A stretch of DNA of 64,000 nt. Source: Minisyncoccota bacterium. GTDB lineage: Bacteria > Patescibacteriota > Minisyncoccia > Minisyncoccales > GWA2-38-27. The stretch lies in the NCBI GenBank assembly GCA_028697015.1, contig JAQVFW010000002.1, positions 5,287 through 69,286 on the forward strand. Direction: 5' to 3'. Under the pieces are notes generated by a model. It did not search any database. It saw only the letters and a program-made list of their open reading frames with translations, and was not told the origin of the DNA. A program made the position numbers and the translations under genes. This document shows positions 10,680 to 19,501 of the stretch, piece by piece. Numbering within the stretch: the stretch's first letter is position 1; every line of letters starts with the position of its first letter.

Positions 10680-11283
10680 CTTCTTTCTCTTTTTTAATCT
10701 TCTCAACGGATTCTACGTCTTCTTCAACCGGTTTTTCAAGTTCTTCTTCAACTTTTTGAGGCGGCTGAACGTTTGCAACTACTTCATCCGGCTCACGGAG
10801 TATTTTTACTCCTTCTCCTACAAAAAGATCTTTTATCGTTATTTCTTTTTCAAAATCTGTCAGAACGCTGACATCAACTTTAATTTCATGAGGAAGTTTT
10901 TCAGGCAGAGCTTTTACTTCAACTTCCTGTATTCCTTTTACAATTGTTCCTCCGAGATTTTTAACAGCTTCCGATTCTCCAAAAAAGACTATCGGTACCT
11001 GGGCTTCAACTTCTTTGTCCAGTATTGGCTGGTAAAAATCCACGTGAATGGGCTCCCCTGTCAAAGAATCTAAAGCTACTTCATGGATTAAGACCGGATG
11101 TTTTTTATCATCAATCAAAAGAGAAACAAGAGTGCTTTCCCCTGCTTTTTCATAAATATCATTGAATTCTTTCAAGTCAATTTCTATAGAAGATGTTTCA
11201 ATTTTTGGTCCGTATACAACTGCAGGGATACTGACTCCGTCTCTTTTTACTTTCTCTCTCTTTTTTGCATTTAAGGTAATCAT
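10651..11283 (-). CDS. rplY: 50S ribosomal protein L25/Ctc
   Basis: IPAVVYG, HVDFY, C-terminal TL5-type domain. Confidence 0.95.
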   Translation of the reverse strand: MITLNAKKREKVKRDGVSIPAVVYGPKIETSSIEIDLKEFNDIYEKAGESTLVSLLIDDKKHPVLIHEVALDSLTGEPIHVDFYQPILDKEVEAQVPIVFFGESEAVKNLGGTIVKGIQEVEVKALPEKLPHEIKVDVSVLTDFEKEITIKDLFVGEGVKILREPDEVVANVQPPQKVEEELEKPVEEDVESVEKIKKEKEDEEKEPENS

Positions 11284-11318
11284 GATTTTAATTTGTGGTT
11301 CAAGTTAATAATGGTTTT

Positions 11319-11537
11319 TTATTCAACAATACTGATAATTTCAACCGGACACATATCAGCAGCGTCTTTTGCGCAAGATAATTCTTCAATATCAAGCTCT
11401 TCTTCCTTTTTATCATTGACTCTTTTTTTCCCGACCAGCTGGGCTTTTTCATCATCTCCTTTTTGAAAATATCTAGGACAATTTGACCAGCAAGAGCCGC
11501 AACTTATGCACTTTTCTCTATCAAGAATAATTTTCAT
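11319..11537 (-). CDS. Single-cluster ferredoxin (copy 1)
   Basis: CISCGSC...CP plus an extra Cys pair. Confidence 0.9.
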   Translation of the reverse strand: MKIILDREKCISCGSCWSNCPRYFQKGDDEKAQLVGKKRVNDKKEEELDIEELSCAKDAADMCPVEIISIVE

Positions 11538-11557
11538 GTTGGTTCTTTAATTTTTTA

Positions 11558-11998
11558 TTATTTGATTTCAAAGCTATTGGAATAAATCCAAGAATCTTCG
11601 CTGAATAATTCTTCTTTAGCACAATTATTGCAATATGGAATAGCCAAGCGGTACGTGCCGTTCCCAAAAAGATCAAACATATCTATCTCGGCTTCAAATG
11701 CTTTAATTGATTTTTTAGGAATACAAACCTCTATAATGTCTTCTTTTGAGCAATGAATATATTCTGCTCTTTCCCATACTCCTTCTATCTCCATTTCTAT
11801 AAAATAAGGATTGCAGGAGGAAAAACAAACATTCTTTAAAGAGCTATTTATTATTTTTAAGGCCACAAACTGTCCTTTTTCATAACTGTTTTTGCTTGTT
11901 ATAACCTCTACTTCTCCTCTATATTTTGTAATAAAAGTCACCAAAGCGAAAATAAAGAGTATTGGGACTATAATGGCAATAATTAAAAGCCTCTTCAT
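11558..11998 (-). CDS. Membrane-anchored Cys-containing Ig-like hypothetical protein (copy 1)
   Basis: N-terminal TM helix, beta-rich body, GTYRL motif. Confidence 0.65.
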   Translation of the reverse strand: MKRLLIIAIIVPILFIFALVTFITKYRGEVEVITSKNSYEKGQFVALKIINSSLKNVCFSSCNPYFIEMEIEGVWERAEYIHCSKEDIIEVCIPKKSIKAFEAEIDMFDLFGNGTYRLAIPYCNNCAKEELFSEDSWIYSNSFEIK

Positions 11999-12012
11999 CG
12001 TTTTCTATTCTA

Positions 12013-12840
12013 CTATATTTTTTTAAAGCTGTGAAGTGTTTTAATCTTTTCAATAACCCTTTTTTCTAGGACTTTTTCAGTTTTTTCAAGTATTTTATAG
12101 GGTTTAATCTCCTTTGAAGAAAGTTCTTTTTTTAAAGATTCTTTCCACACATTTCGAAGTTCCGTATTAATATTCGTTTTAACTATCCCTCTTTTTATAC
12201 AGTTTTTAATATCTTCATTCTTTAATCCCGAAGCGCCGTGCAAAACAAGAAAAATCTCAGTTTTTTTTCTTATTTCAGAAAGAAGATTAAGGTCAAGAGA
12301 TGGCATTTTGACATATACCCCGTGAACGTTACCAATAGAGATTGCTAAAAGATCAACATTTGTTTCTTTGACAAATCTTTCAACCTTAGAAAGAGAAGTA
12401 AAATCTTTTTTAGAAACAGAAGATTTATCCTTTATAACTCCAAGTTCTCCTTCAACAAGAACTCCTCTTTTTTTAGCATAACTTACCACTTCTTTTGTTC
12501 TTTTTATATTTTCATCAAAGGGAAGAAGAGAACCGTCATAATGGACAGAATCATATCCTATATCTACGGCTGTTTTTATAAAATCAAAGTTTTTTCCATG
12601 GTCTAAATTAAGAAAGACAGGAACATTATATTCTAAATTAATAATCTCTTTCATTACAAATGCTTCTTTTAATCCAAAAAACTTCCCTTCCCCTTCTGAG
12701 GTTCCTAATATTACAGGGCTTTCCATTTTTTTTGCCGCCCTGATTGTTGATTTCATTTGCTCAATAGTTGAAAAATTAAACTGGCCTACGGCAAATTTTT
12801 CTTTTTTCGCTTTTTCAAAATAAGAATGAAGGGATTTCAT
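12013..12840 (-). CDS. fba: Class II fructose-bisphosphate aldolase (copy 1)
   Basis: LDHG, VEGELG, GNVHG, LHGASG, NINTE. Confidence 0.93.
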   Translation of the reverse strand: MKSLHSYFEKAKKEKFAVGQFNFSTIEQMKSTIRAAKKMESPVILGTSEGEGKFFGLKEAFVMKEIINLEYNVPVFLNLDHGKNFDFIKTAVDIGYDSVHYDGSLLPFDENIKRTKEVVSYAKKRGVLVEGELGVIKDKSSVSKKDFTSLSKVERFVKETNVDLLAISIGNVHGVYVKMPSLDLNLLSEIRKKTEIFLVLHGASGLKNEDIKNCIKRGIVKTNINTELRNVWKESLKKELSSKEIKPYKILEKTEKVLEKRVIEKIKTLHSFKKI

Positions 12841-12858
12841 AAATAAGTATTTTTAATT

Positions 12859-13824
12859 TTAGAATTTTGACACTTTTACTTTGATTTTTTTAAAACTTTG
12901 GTTTTTTCTAAGAAGTCCGTTTTTTGCTCCCCAAAAACCGATAGTTGAAGAAGCATTAGCTGTTCCTCTTTGAATTGATTTTACTATGTCTTTTGAATAA
13001 ATGTATTCAGAAATAAACCCTGAAGAAAAAGCGTCTCCTGCTCCGGTTCTGTCTAATACCTTTGACTTTAAAGTTTTTGCTTCATAAAGAAAAGAGTTAT
13101 TTAAAACAACTGATCCCAAAGGGCCTTTTGTTATAACAATTATCCCTTTGTAAAACTCACTTATTCTTTTAAGAGCGCTTTTTTCGTCTTTATAAAGAAC
13201 ATTGGCAAGCATTGAAGCTTCTTCTTGATTTAATATTAAAATATCAATTTTCTTGATTATCTTTTTGATATTTTTTAAAGAAAGCTGGGAATTTCCGGGA
13301 TTTGCCGCAATTTTCATTCCTTTTTTTATTCCATAATCAACAAGAGAATTAAATTTCAAAGAGGCCTTTCCTGAAAGAGGGGCGAAATAAAGCCATTTTG
13401 CAAGCGGTAAGAAAATATTTTCTTTTCCCATTATTTCAGAAGCTCCCCTGTAAACCAATATTGTCCTGTCTTTGTCTTTGACGTTTAAAACAATTGACTG
13501 ATTAGTTTTCTTTTCCTTTGTTTTTTTAACCAAAGAAATGTTAACCTTCAGCTGTTTTAATTCTTTTAGAATATCTTCTCCTGCTTCGTCTTCTCCCACT
13601 TTTCCAAAATAAGCGGTTTTTAATCCCATATTTGCAAAAGTAACCGCGCAATTGGTTCCTCCTCCTCCGGTAAAATGATAAATATTTTCTACGTCTATCT
13701 TTGAACCTAAAGAAAGGTAAATCCCCTCTTTTGTTACGAGAGTTTTTTTAGTCGCAGATTTCAAATTCTTGCTTTTTAAAAAAGTGTCTCTTGAAGCAGA
13801 ACCGAATGTGATAATATCAAACAT
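12859..13824 (-). CDS. PfkB family carbohydrate kinase (copy 1)
   Basis: GGGGTN, NQEEA, DRTGAGDAF. Confidence 0.92.
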   Translation of the reverse strand: MFDIITFGSASRDTFLKSKNLKSATKKTLVTKEGIYLSLGSKIDVENIYHFTGGGGTNCAVTFANMGLKTAYFGKVGEDEAGEDILKELKQLKVNISLVKKTKEKKTNQSIVLNVKDKDRTILVYRGASEIMGKENIFLPLAKWLYFAPLSGKASLKFNSLVDYGIKKGMKIAANPGNSQLSLKNIKKIIKKIDILILNQEEASMLANVLYKDEKSALKRISEFYKGIIVITKGPLGSVVLNNSFLYEAKTLKSKVLDRTGAGDAFSSGFISEYIYSKDIVKSIQRGTANASSTIGFWGAKNGLLRKNQSFKKIKVKVSKF

Positions 13825-13830
13825 ATAATG

Positions 13831-13962
13831 CTATTTCTTTAATTTATCTTCTTTTTTGGCTACAAGAAGAGATGTTTCAATTTTTGGTCCGTATACAACT
13901 GCAGGGATACTGACTCCGTCTCTTTTTACTTTCTCTCTCTTTTTTGCATTTAAGGTAATCAT
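13831..13962 (-). pseudogene. Chimeric 43-aa ORF at the duplication junction (rplY N-terminus plus ppsA C-terminus)
   Basis: Reads MITLNAKK...PKIETS then LLVAKKEDKLKK* in frame. Confidence 0.75.
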
Positions 13963-13997
13963 GATTTTAATTTGTGGTTCAAGTTAATAATGGTTTT

Positions 13998-14216
13998 TTA
14001 TTCAACAATACTGATAATTTCAACCGGACACATATCAGCAGCGTCTTTTGCGCAAGATAATTCTTCAATATCAAGCTCTTCTTCCTTTTTATCATTGACT
14101 CTTTTTTTCCCGACCAGCTGGGCTTTTTCATCATCTCCTTTTTGAAAATATCTAGGACAATTTGACCAGCAAGAGCCGCAACTTATGCACTTTTCTCTAT
14201 CAAGAATAATTTTCAT
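13998..14216 (-). CDS. Single-cluster ferredoxin (copy 2)
   Basis: Protein identical to 11319-11537. Confidence 0.85.
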   Translation of the reverse strand: MKIILDREKCISCGSCWSNCPRYFQKGDDEKAQLVGKKRVNDKKEEELDIEELSCAKDAADMCPVEIISIVE

Positions 14217-14236
14217 GTTGGTTCTTTAATTTTTTA

Positions 14237-14677
14237 TTATTTGATTTCAAAGCTATTGGAATAAATCCAAGAATCTTCGCTGAATAATTCTTCTTTAGCA
14301 CAATTATTGCAATATGGAATAGCCAAGCGGTACGTGCCGTTCCCAAAAAGATCAAACATATCTATCTCGGCTTCAAATGCTTTAATTGATTTTTTAGGAA
14401 TACAAACCTCTATAATGTCTTCTTTTGAGCAATGAATATATTCTGCTCTTTCCCATACTCCTTCTATCTCCATTTCTATAAAATAAGGATTGCAGGAGGA
14501 AAAACAAACATTCTTTAAAGAGCTATTTATTATTTTTAAGGCCACAAACTGTCCTTTTTCATAACTGTTTTTGCTTGTTATAACCTCTACTTCTCCTCTA
14601 TATTTTGTAATAAAAGTCACCAAAGCGAAAATAAAGAGTATTGGGACTATAATGGCAATAATTAAAAGCCTCTTCAT
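14237..14677 (-). CDS. Membrane-anchored hypothetical protein (copy 2)
   Basis: Protein identical to 11558-11998. Confidence 0.65.
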   Translation of the reverse strand: MKRLLIIAIIVPILFIFALVTFITKYRGEVEVITSKNSYEKGQFVALKIINSSLKNVCFSSCNPYFIEMEIEGVWERAEYIHCSKEDIIEVCIPKKSIKAFEAEIDMFDLFGNGTYRLAIPYCNNCAKEELFSEDSWIYSNSFEIK

Positions 14678-14691
14678 CGTTTTCTATTCTA

Positions 14692-15519
14692 CTATATTTT
14701 TTTAAAGCTGTGAAGTGTTTTAATCTTTTCAATAACCCTTTTTTCTAGGACTTTTTCAGTTTTTTCAAGTATTTTATAGGGTTTAATCTCCTTTGAAGAA
14801 AGTTCTTTTTTTAAAGATTCTTTCCACACATTTCGAAGTTCCGTATTAATATTCGTTTTAACTATCCCTCTTTTTATACAGTTTTTAATATCTTCATTCT
14901 TTAATCCCGAAGCGCCGTGCAAAACAAGAAAAATCTCAGTTTTTTTTCTTATTTCAGAAAGAAGATTAAGGTCAAGAGATGGCATTTTGACATATACCCC
15001 GTGAACGTTACCAATAGAGATTGCTAAAAGATCAACATTTGTTTCTTTGACAAATCTTTCAACCTTAGAAAGAGAAGTAAAATCTTTTTTAGAAACAGAA
15101 GATTTATCCTTTATAACTCCAAGTTCTCCTTCAACAAGAACTCCTCTTTTTTTAGCATAACTTACCACTTCTTTTGTTCTTTTTATATTTTCATCAAAGG
15201 GAAGAAGAGAACCGTCATAATGGACAGAATCATATCCTATATCTACGGCTGTTTTTATAAAATCAAAGTTTTTTCCATGGTCTAAATTAAGAAAGACAGG
15301 AACATTATATTCTAAATTAATAATCTCTTTCATTACAAATGCTTCTTTTAATCCAAAAAACTTCCCTTCCCCTTCTGAGGTTCCTAATATTACAGGGCTT
15401 TCCATTTTTTTTGCCGCCCTGATTGTTGATTTCATTTGCTCAATAGTTGAAAAATTAAACTGGCCTACGGCAAATTTTTCTTTTTTCGCTTTTTCAAAAT
15501 AAGAATGAAGGGATTTCAT
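14692..15519 (-). CDS. fba: Class II fructose-bisphosphate aldolase (copy 2)
   Basis: Protein identical to 12013-12840. Confidence 0.9.
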   Translation of the reverse strand: MKSLHSYFEKAKKEKFAVGQFNFSTIEQMKSTIRAAKKMESPVILGTSEGEGKFFGLKEAFVMKEIINLEYNVPVFLNLDHGKNFDFIKTAVDIGYDSVHYDGSLLPFDENIKRTKEVVSYAKKRGVLVEGELGVIKDKSSVSKKDFTSLSKVERFVKETNVDLLAISIGNVHGVYVKMPSLDLNLLSEIRKKTEIFLVLHGASGLKNEDIKNCIKRGIVKTNINTELRNVWKESLKKELSSKEIKPYKILEKTEKVLEKRVIEKIKTLHSFKKI

Positions 15520-15537
15520 AAATAAGTATTTTTAATT

Positions 15538-16503
15538 TTAGAATTTTGACACTTTTACTTTGATTTTTTTAAAACTTTGGTTTTTTCTAAGAAGTCCGTT
15601 TTTTGCTCCCCAAAAACCGATAGTTGAAGAAGCATTAGCTGTTCCTCTTTGAATTGATTTTACTATGTCTTTTGAATAAATGTATTCAGAAATAAACCCT
15701 GAAGAAAAAGCGTCTCCTGCTCCGGTTCTGTCTAATACCTTTGACTTTAAAGTTTTTGCTTCATAAAGAAAAGAGTTATTTAAAACAACTGATCCCAAAG
15801 GGCCTTTTGTTATAACAATTATCCCTTTGTAAAACTCACTTATTCTTTTAAGAGCGCTTTTTTCGTCTTTATAAAGAACATTGGCAAGCATTGAAGCTTC
15901 TTCTTGATTTAATATTAAAATATCAATTTTCTTGATTATCTTTTTGATATTTTTTAAAGAAAGCTGGGAATTTCCGGGATTTGCCGCAATTTTCATTCCT
16001 TTTTTTATTCCATAATCAACAAGAGAATTAAATTTCAAAGAGGCCTTTCCTGAAAGAGGGGCGAAATAAAGCCATTTTGCAAGCGGTAAGAAAATATTTT
16101 CTTTTCCCATTATTTCAGAAGCTCCCCTGTAAACCAATATTGTCCTGTCTTTGTCTTTGACGTTTAAAACAATTGACTGATTAGTTTTCTTTTCCTTTGT
16201 TTTTTTAACCAAAGAAATGTTAACCTTCAGCTGTTTTAATTCTTTTAGAATATCTTCTCCTGCTTCGTCTTCTCCCACTTTTCCAAAATAAGCGGTTTTT
16301 AATCCCATATTTGCAAAAGTAACCGCGCAATTGGTTCCTCCTCCTCCGGTAAAATGATAAATATTTTCTACGTCTATCTTTGAACCTAAAGAAAGGTAAA
16401 TCCCCTCTTTTGTTACGAGAGTTTTTTTAGTCGCAGATTTTAAATTCTTGCTTTTTAAAAAAGTGTCTCTTGAAGCAGAACCGAATGTGATAATATCAAA
16501 CAT
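15538..16503 (-). CDS. PfkB family carbohydrate kinase (copy 2)
   Basis: Protein identical to 12859-13824. Confidence 0.9.
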   Translation of the reverse strand: MFDIITFGSASRDTFLKSKNLKSATKKTLVTKEGIYLSLGSKIDVENIYHFTGGGGTNCAVTFANMGLKTAYFGKVGEDEAGEDILKELKQLKVNISLVKKTKEKKTNQSIVLNVKDKDRTILVYRGASEIMGKENIFLPLAKWLYFAPLSGKASLKFNSLVDYGIKKGMKIAANPGNSQLSLKNIKKIIKKIDILILNQEEASMLANVLYKDEKSALKRISEFYKGIIVITKGPLGSVVLNNSFLYEAKTLKSKVLDRTGAGDAFSSGFISEYIYSKDIVKSIQRGTANASSTIGFWGAKNGLLRKNQSFKKIKVKVSKF

Positions 16504-16509
16504 ATTATG

Positions 16510-18933
16510 CTATTTCTTTAATTTATCTTCTTTTTTGGCTACAAGAAGATGGGTTTTAATAATCATATTGGGATTTATTGAAATGCTTTCAATCCCCTCT
16601 TCAACCAGAAAATCTGCAAAATCAGAATAAGTAGAAGGAGCTTCTCCGCATATTCCAATATATTTGTTTCTTTTTTTGCAAATTTTAATAACTTCTCCAA
16701 TTATCTTTTTGACCGCTTTGTTTCTTTCATCTCCGATATAGGATATTCTGCCATTGTCTCTATCTAGTCCCAATGTAAGTTGAGCAAGATCATTGCTGCC
16801 AATACTAAAGCCGTCAAAAATTGACAAAAAATCATCCGCTAAGATAATATTTGATGGAATTTCACACATCATATAAACTTTAAAATTATCTTCATTAAGG
16901 CCCTCTTTCCTTATTATTTCCATAACTTTTTTTCCTTCTTCAACCGTTCTGCAGAAAGGAACCATTACATTTACGTTTTTTAAGCCGAAAACATTTCTTA
17001 CTCTTTTTATGGCTTGGCATTCCATTTTAAAGGCCGGCATGAAATTTTTATCAATATATCGGCAAGCCCCTCTGAATCCAAGCATCGGATTTGATTCTTC
17101 GTTTTCAAAAATTTCACCACCGATAAGATTCTTGTATTCATTGGTTTTAAAGTCCGAAAATCTGACAATAACCTCTTTTGGATAAAAAGCAGCTCCAATT
17201 TTGGCGATTCCTTCTGCCAGTTCTTTTATAAAAAACTCTTTCTTGTCTTTATGTTCTACGGTAATTTCTTTAATCTGCTTTATTATTTTCTGAATTTCTG
17301 AATTTGAAAGAAAAATGTTTTTCCTTATTTCAGATTTAGGATTCTTTATTTGTTTGTAATGATACAAAGCCAAAGGATGGACTCTTACTTTTTCTGCGAT
17401 AATAAATTCTTCTCTTGCAAGACCAACTCCCTGATTTGGCAAAAAAGAAGATCTAAATGCTATTTCAGGAGCTCCAATATTAACCATGATTTTGGTCTTA
17501 ATTTTAGGAAAACTGCCAAGATTCTGCCTTTTTACTTTATAGGAAATTTTACCTTTAAAAATCCTTCCGTTTAATCCTTCTGTACAATCAACTGTGATTT
17601 CTTCTCCGTCTTTAAGAATATCTGTAGCTTTATGAGTTCCAACAATAGCCGGAATTCCAAGTTCTCTTGCGACAATCGCGGCATGGCAACTTTTTCCTCC
17701 TTCATTTGTTACAATAGCACTTGCAATACGCATAATAGGCAGCCAGTCAGGGTCCGTCATTTTAGTCACTAAAACTTCTCCTTTCTCAAAATCTTTCATT
17801 TTGGAAATTTCCCTTACAATCTTAACTTTTCCAATTCCAATTTTTTCCCCTACGGCAATTCCCGTAAGAAATGGCTTCTTTTTAGTGTTCAGTTGATATT
17901 CTTCATAAAAGCTTGCTGTTTTTGAGGCATGAACTGTTTCCGGTCTTGATTGTACTATGAAAAGCTCTCCCGTTTTCCCATCTTTTGCCCATTCAATATC
18001 TTGAGGCATCCATTTGCCGGCTCTTTTTGAATAGTGGTTTTCTATAATCACTGCCCACCTTGCAAGGGTCAATATTTCTTTTTCTGTAAGAGAAAATTTT
18101 AATTGGTCTTTAATGCTGACTTTTTTCTCTTTCAGTCCCCCCTTTGTAGAATATTCATATTTTAAATGTTTTCTTCCAAGGTTTTTTGTTATTATAGAAT
18201 CATGGCCTTTTTCAAGAGTCGGCTTAAAAACATAAAATTCATCGGGAGTCACTTTTCCTTTGACTATCATTTCTCCTATTCCAAAAATAGAATTTATTAA
18301 AACAACATTCTTAAACCCGGTTTCAGTATCAAGGGTAAACATAATTCCTGAAGAAGCGAGATCTGAACGGATCATTTTTAAAACGCCAACGGAAAGGGCA
18401 AACTTCAAATGGGATATTTTCTTCTCTTCCCTATAGGCGATAACTCTGTCGTTAAAAGTTGAAGCAATACATTTTTTAACAACGGAAAGCAAGTTCTTTG
18501 TGCCTCTTACGTTTAAAAATGTTTCAAATTGGCCAGCAAAAGAAGCGTTAGGCATGTCTTCACAGACAGCGGAAGATCTTACAGCGACATCGTCTCCTTT
18601 TAGTTTTTCATACGCATTTATAATATCTTCTTCCAATTCTTTGGAAAAATAGCCTTTTCTAATTCTTTCTCTTGCTTTCTTTCCAAACTCCTGCAAATCT
18701 TCTATTTTTTTCAGGTCGTATTTTTTAATCAGCGCTTTTAATTCTTTATCTATGCCATTTACTTTCATAAAATCCAAATAGGCTTTTGTCGTAATAGCAA
18801 AGCCCTCCGGAATATTTATGCCTTCCTTTAAAAAAGCGCCATACATTTCACCAAGAGAAGCGTTTTTCCCTCCAACTTGCAAAATATTATCGTAACCTAT
18901 TTCATCAAACCATAAAATGTTTTTTTCTTTCAT
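16510..18933 (-). CDS. ppsA: Phosphoenolpyruvate synthase
   Basis: VGGKNASLGE, VAVRSS, SFAGQ, SCHAAIVARE (phospho-His), FSIGSNDL. Confidence 0.96.
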   Translation of the reverse strand: MKEKNILWFDEIGYDNILQVGGKNASLGEMYGAFLKEGINIPEGFAITTKAYLDFMKVNGIDKELKALIKKYDLKKIEDLQEFGKKARERIRKGYFSKELEEDIINAYEKLKGDDVAVRSSAVCEDMPNASFAGQFETFLNVRGTKNLLSVVKKCIASTFNDRVIAYREEKKISHLKFALSVGVLKMIRSDLASSGIMFTLDTETGFKNVVLINSIFGIGEMIVKGKVTPDEFYVFKPTLEKGHDSIITKNLGRKHLKYEYSTKGGLKEKKVSIKDQLKFSLTEKEILTLARWAVIIENHYSKRAGKWMPQDIEWAKDGKTGELFIVQSRPETVHASKTASFYEEYQLNTKKKPFLTGIAVGEKIGIGKVKIVREISKMKDFEKGEVLVTKMTDPDWLPIMRIASAIVTNEGGKSCHAAIVARELGIPAIVGTHKATDILKDGEEITVDCTEGLNGRIFKGKISYKVKRQNLGSFPKIKTKIMVNIGAPEIAFRSSFLPNQGVGLAREEFIIAEKVRVHPLALYHYKQIKNPKSEIRKNIFLSNSEIQKIIKQIKEITVEHKDKKEFFIKELAEGIAKIGAAFYPKEVIVRFSDFKTNEYKNLIGGEIFENEESNPMLGFRGACRYIDKNFMPAFKMECQAIKRVRNVFGLKNVNVMVPFCRTVEEGKKVMEIIRKEGLNEDNFKVYMMCEIPSNIILADDFLSIFDGFSIGSNDLAQLTLGLDRDNGRISYIGDERNKAVKKIIGEVIKICKKRNKYIGICGEAPSTYSDFADFLVEEGIESISINPNMIIKTHLLVAKKEDKLKK

Positions 18934-18943
18934 ACAATATTCC

Positions 18944-19483
18944 TTATTTTTTAAAACACTTTGGGCAAAAGAAAGATGCTTTATAATAATTTTCTCCCAC
19001 AGATAAATCTTTAATCAAATTTAAAACAAGGTCTGTTGAACAATGTCTGCAAGAAAGCTGGAAATATCCGAAATCTTTTAATAAATCCTTAGCCCCTAAA
19101 AGGTCTTCCTTTAAAGACAACTTGTATGACTTTTGTTCGCCCATGGCAATTCTAACCCTTGAGACAACTTCGTTTGGAGTAACTCTGTCCATTGAAATAA
19201 AATCTTTGGCGTTAAGTTCAATGGCTTTTTCTTTCTCATCCTTTCTTTCTGTGGAAGAAAAAATAATAACGGGAATATTTTTAATGCTTTTTAAAATATC
19301 ATAACCGCTTATCTCTTCCGTATCTATATCAGCAAGAACAATATCCGGTTTTTCTTTTTCAACCAAATGTAAAACATCTCTGCCGTTATTGGTTTGAAAA
19401 ACCTTAAATCCGGCCGCTTCAAAAATCTCGCAATAAGCGCTTCTCATTATATTATTTTTGATGGCAACAATCAGTTTTTTCAT
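18944..19483 (-). CDS. Atypical response-regulator receiver domain with C-terminal Zn ribbon
   Basis: PDIVLAD, SGYDIL and IPVIIFS receiver motifs; CRHC...CPKC. Confidence 0.75.
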   Translation of the reverse strand: MKKLIVAIKNNIMRSAYCEIFEAAGFKVFQTNNGRDVLHLVEKEKPDIVLADIDTEEISGYDILKSIKNIPVIIFSSTERKDEKEKAIELNAKDFISMDRVTPNEVVSRVRIAMGEQKSYKLSLKEDLLGAKDLLKDFGYFQLSCRHCSTDLVLNLIKDLSVGENYYKASFFCPKCFKK

Positions 19484-19501
19484 TCTTCTATTCTAACTTT
19501 T

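Larger units (their letters stand above)
11191..16549. repeat. Tandem duplication of a 2,679-bp unit (about 11191-13870 and 13870-16549)
   Basis: Four ORFs repeat with identical proteins at an offset of exactly 2,679. Confidence 0.97.
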
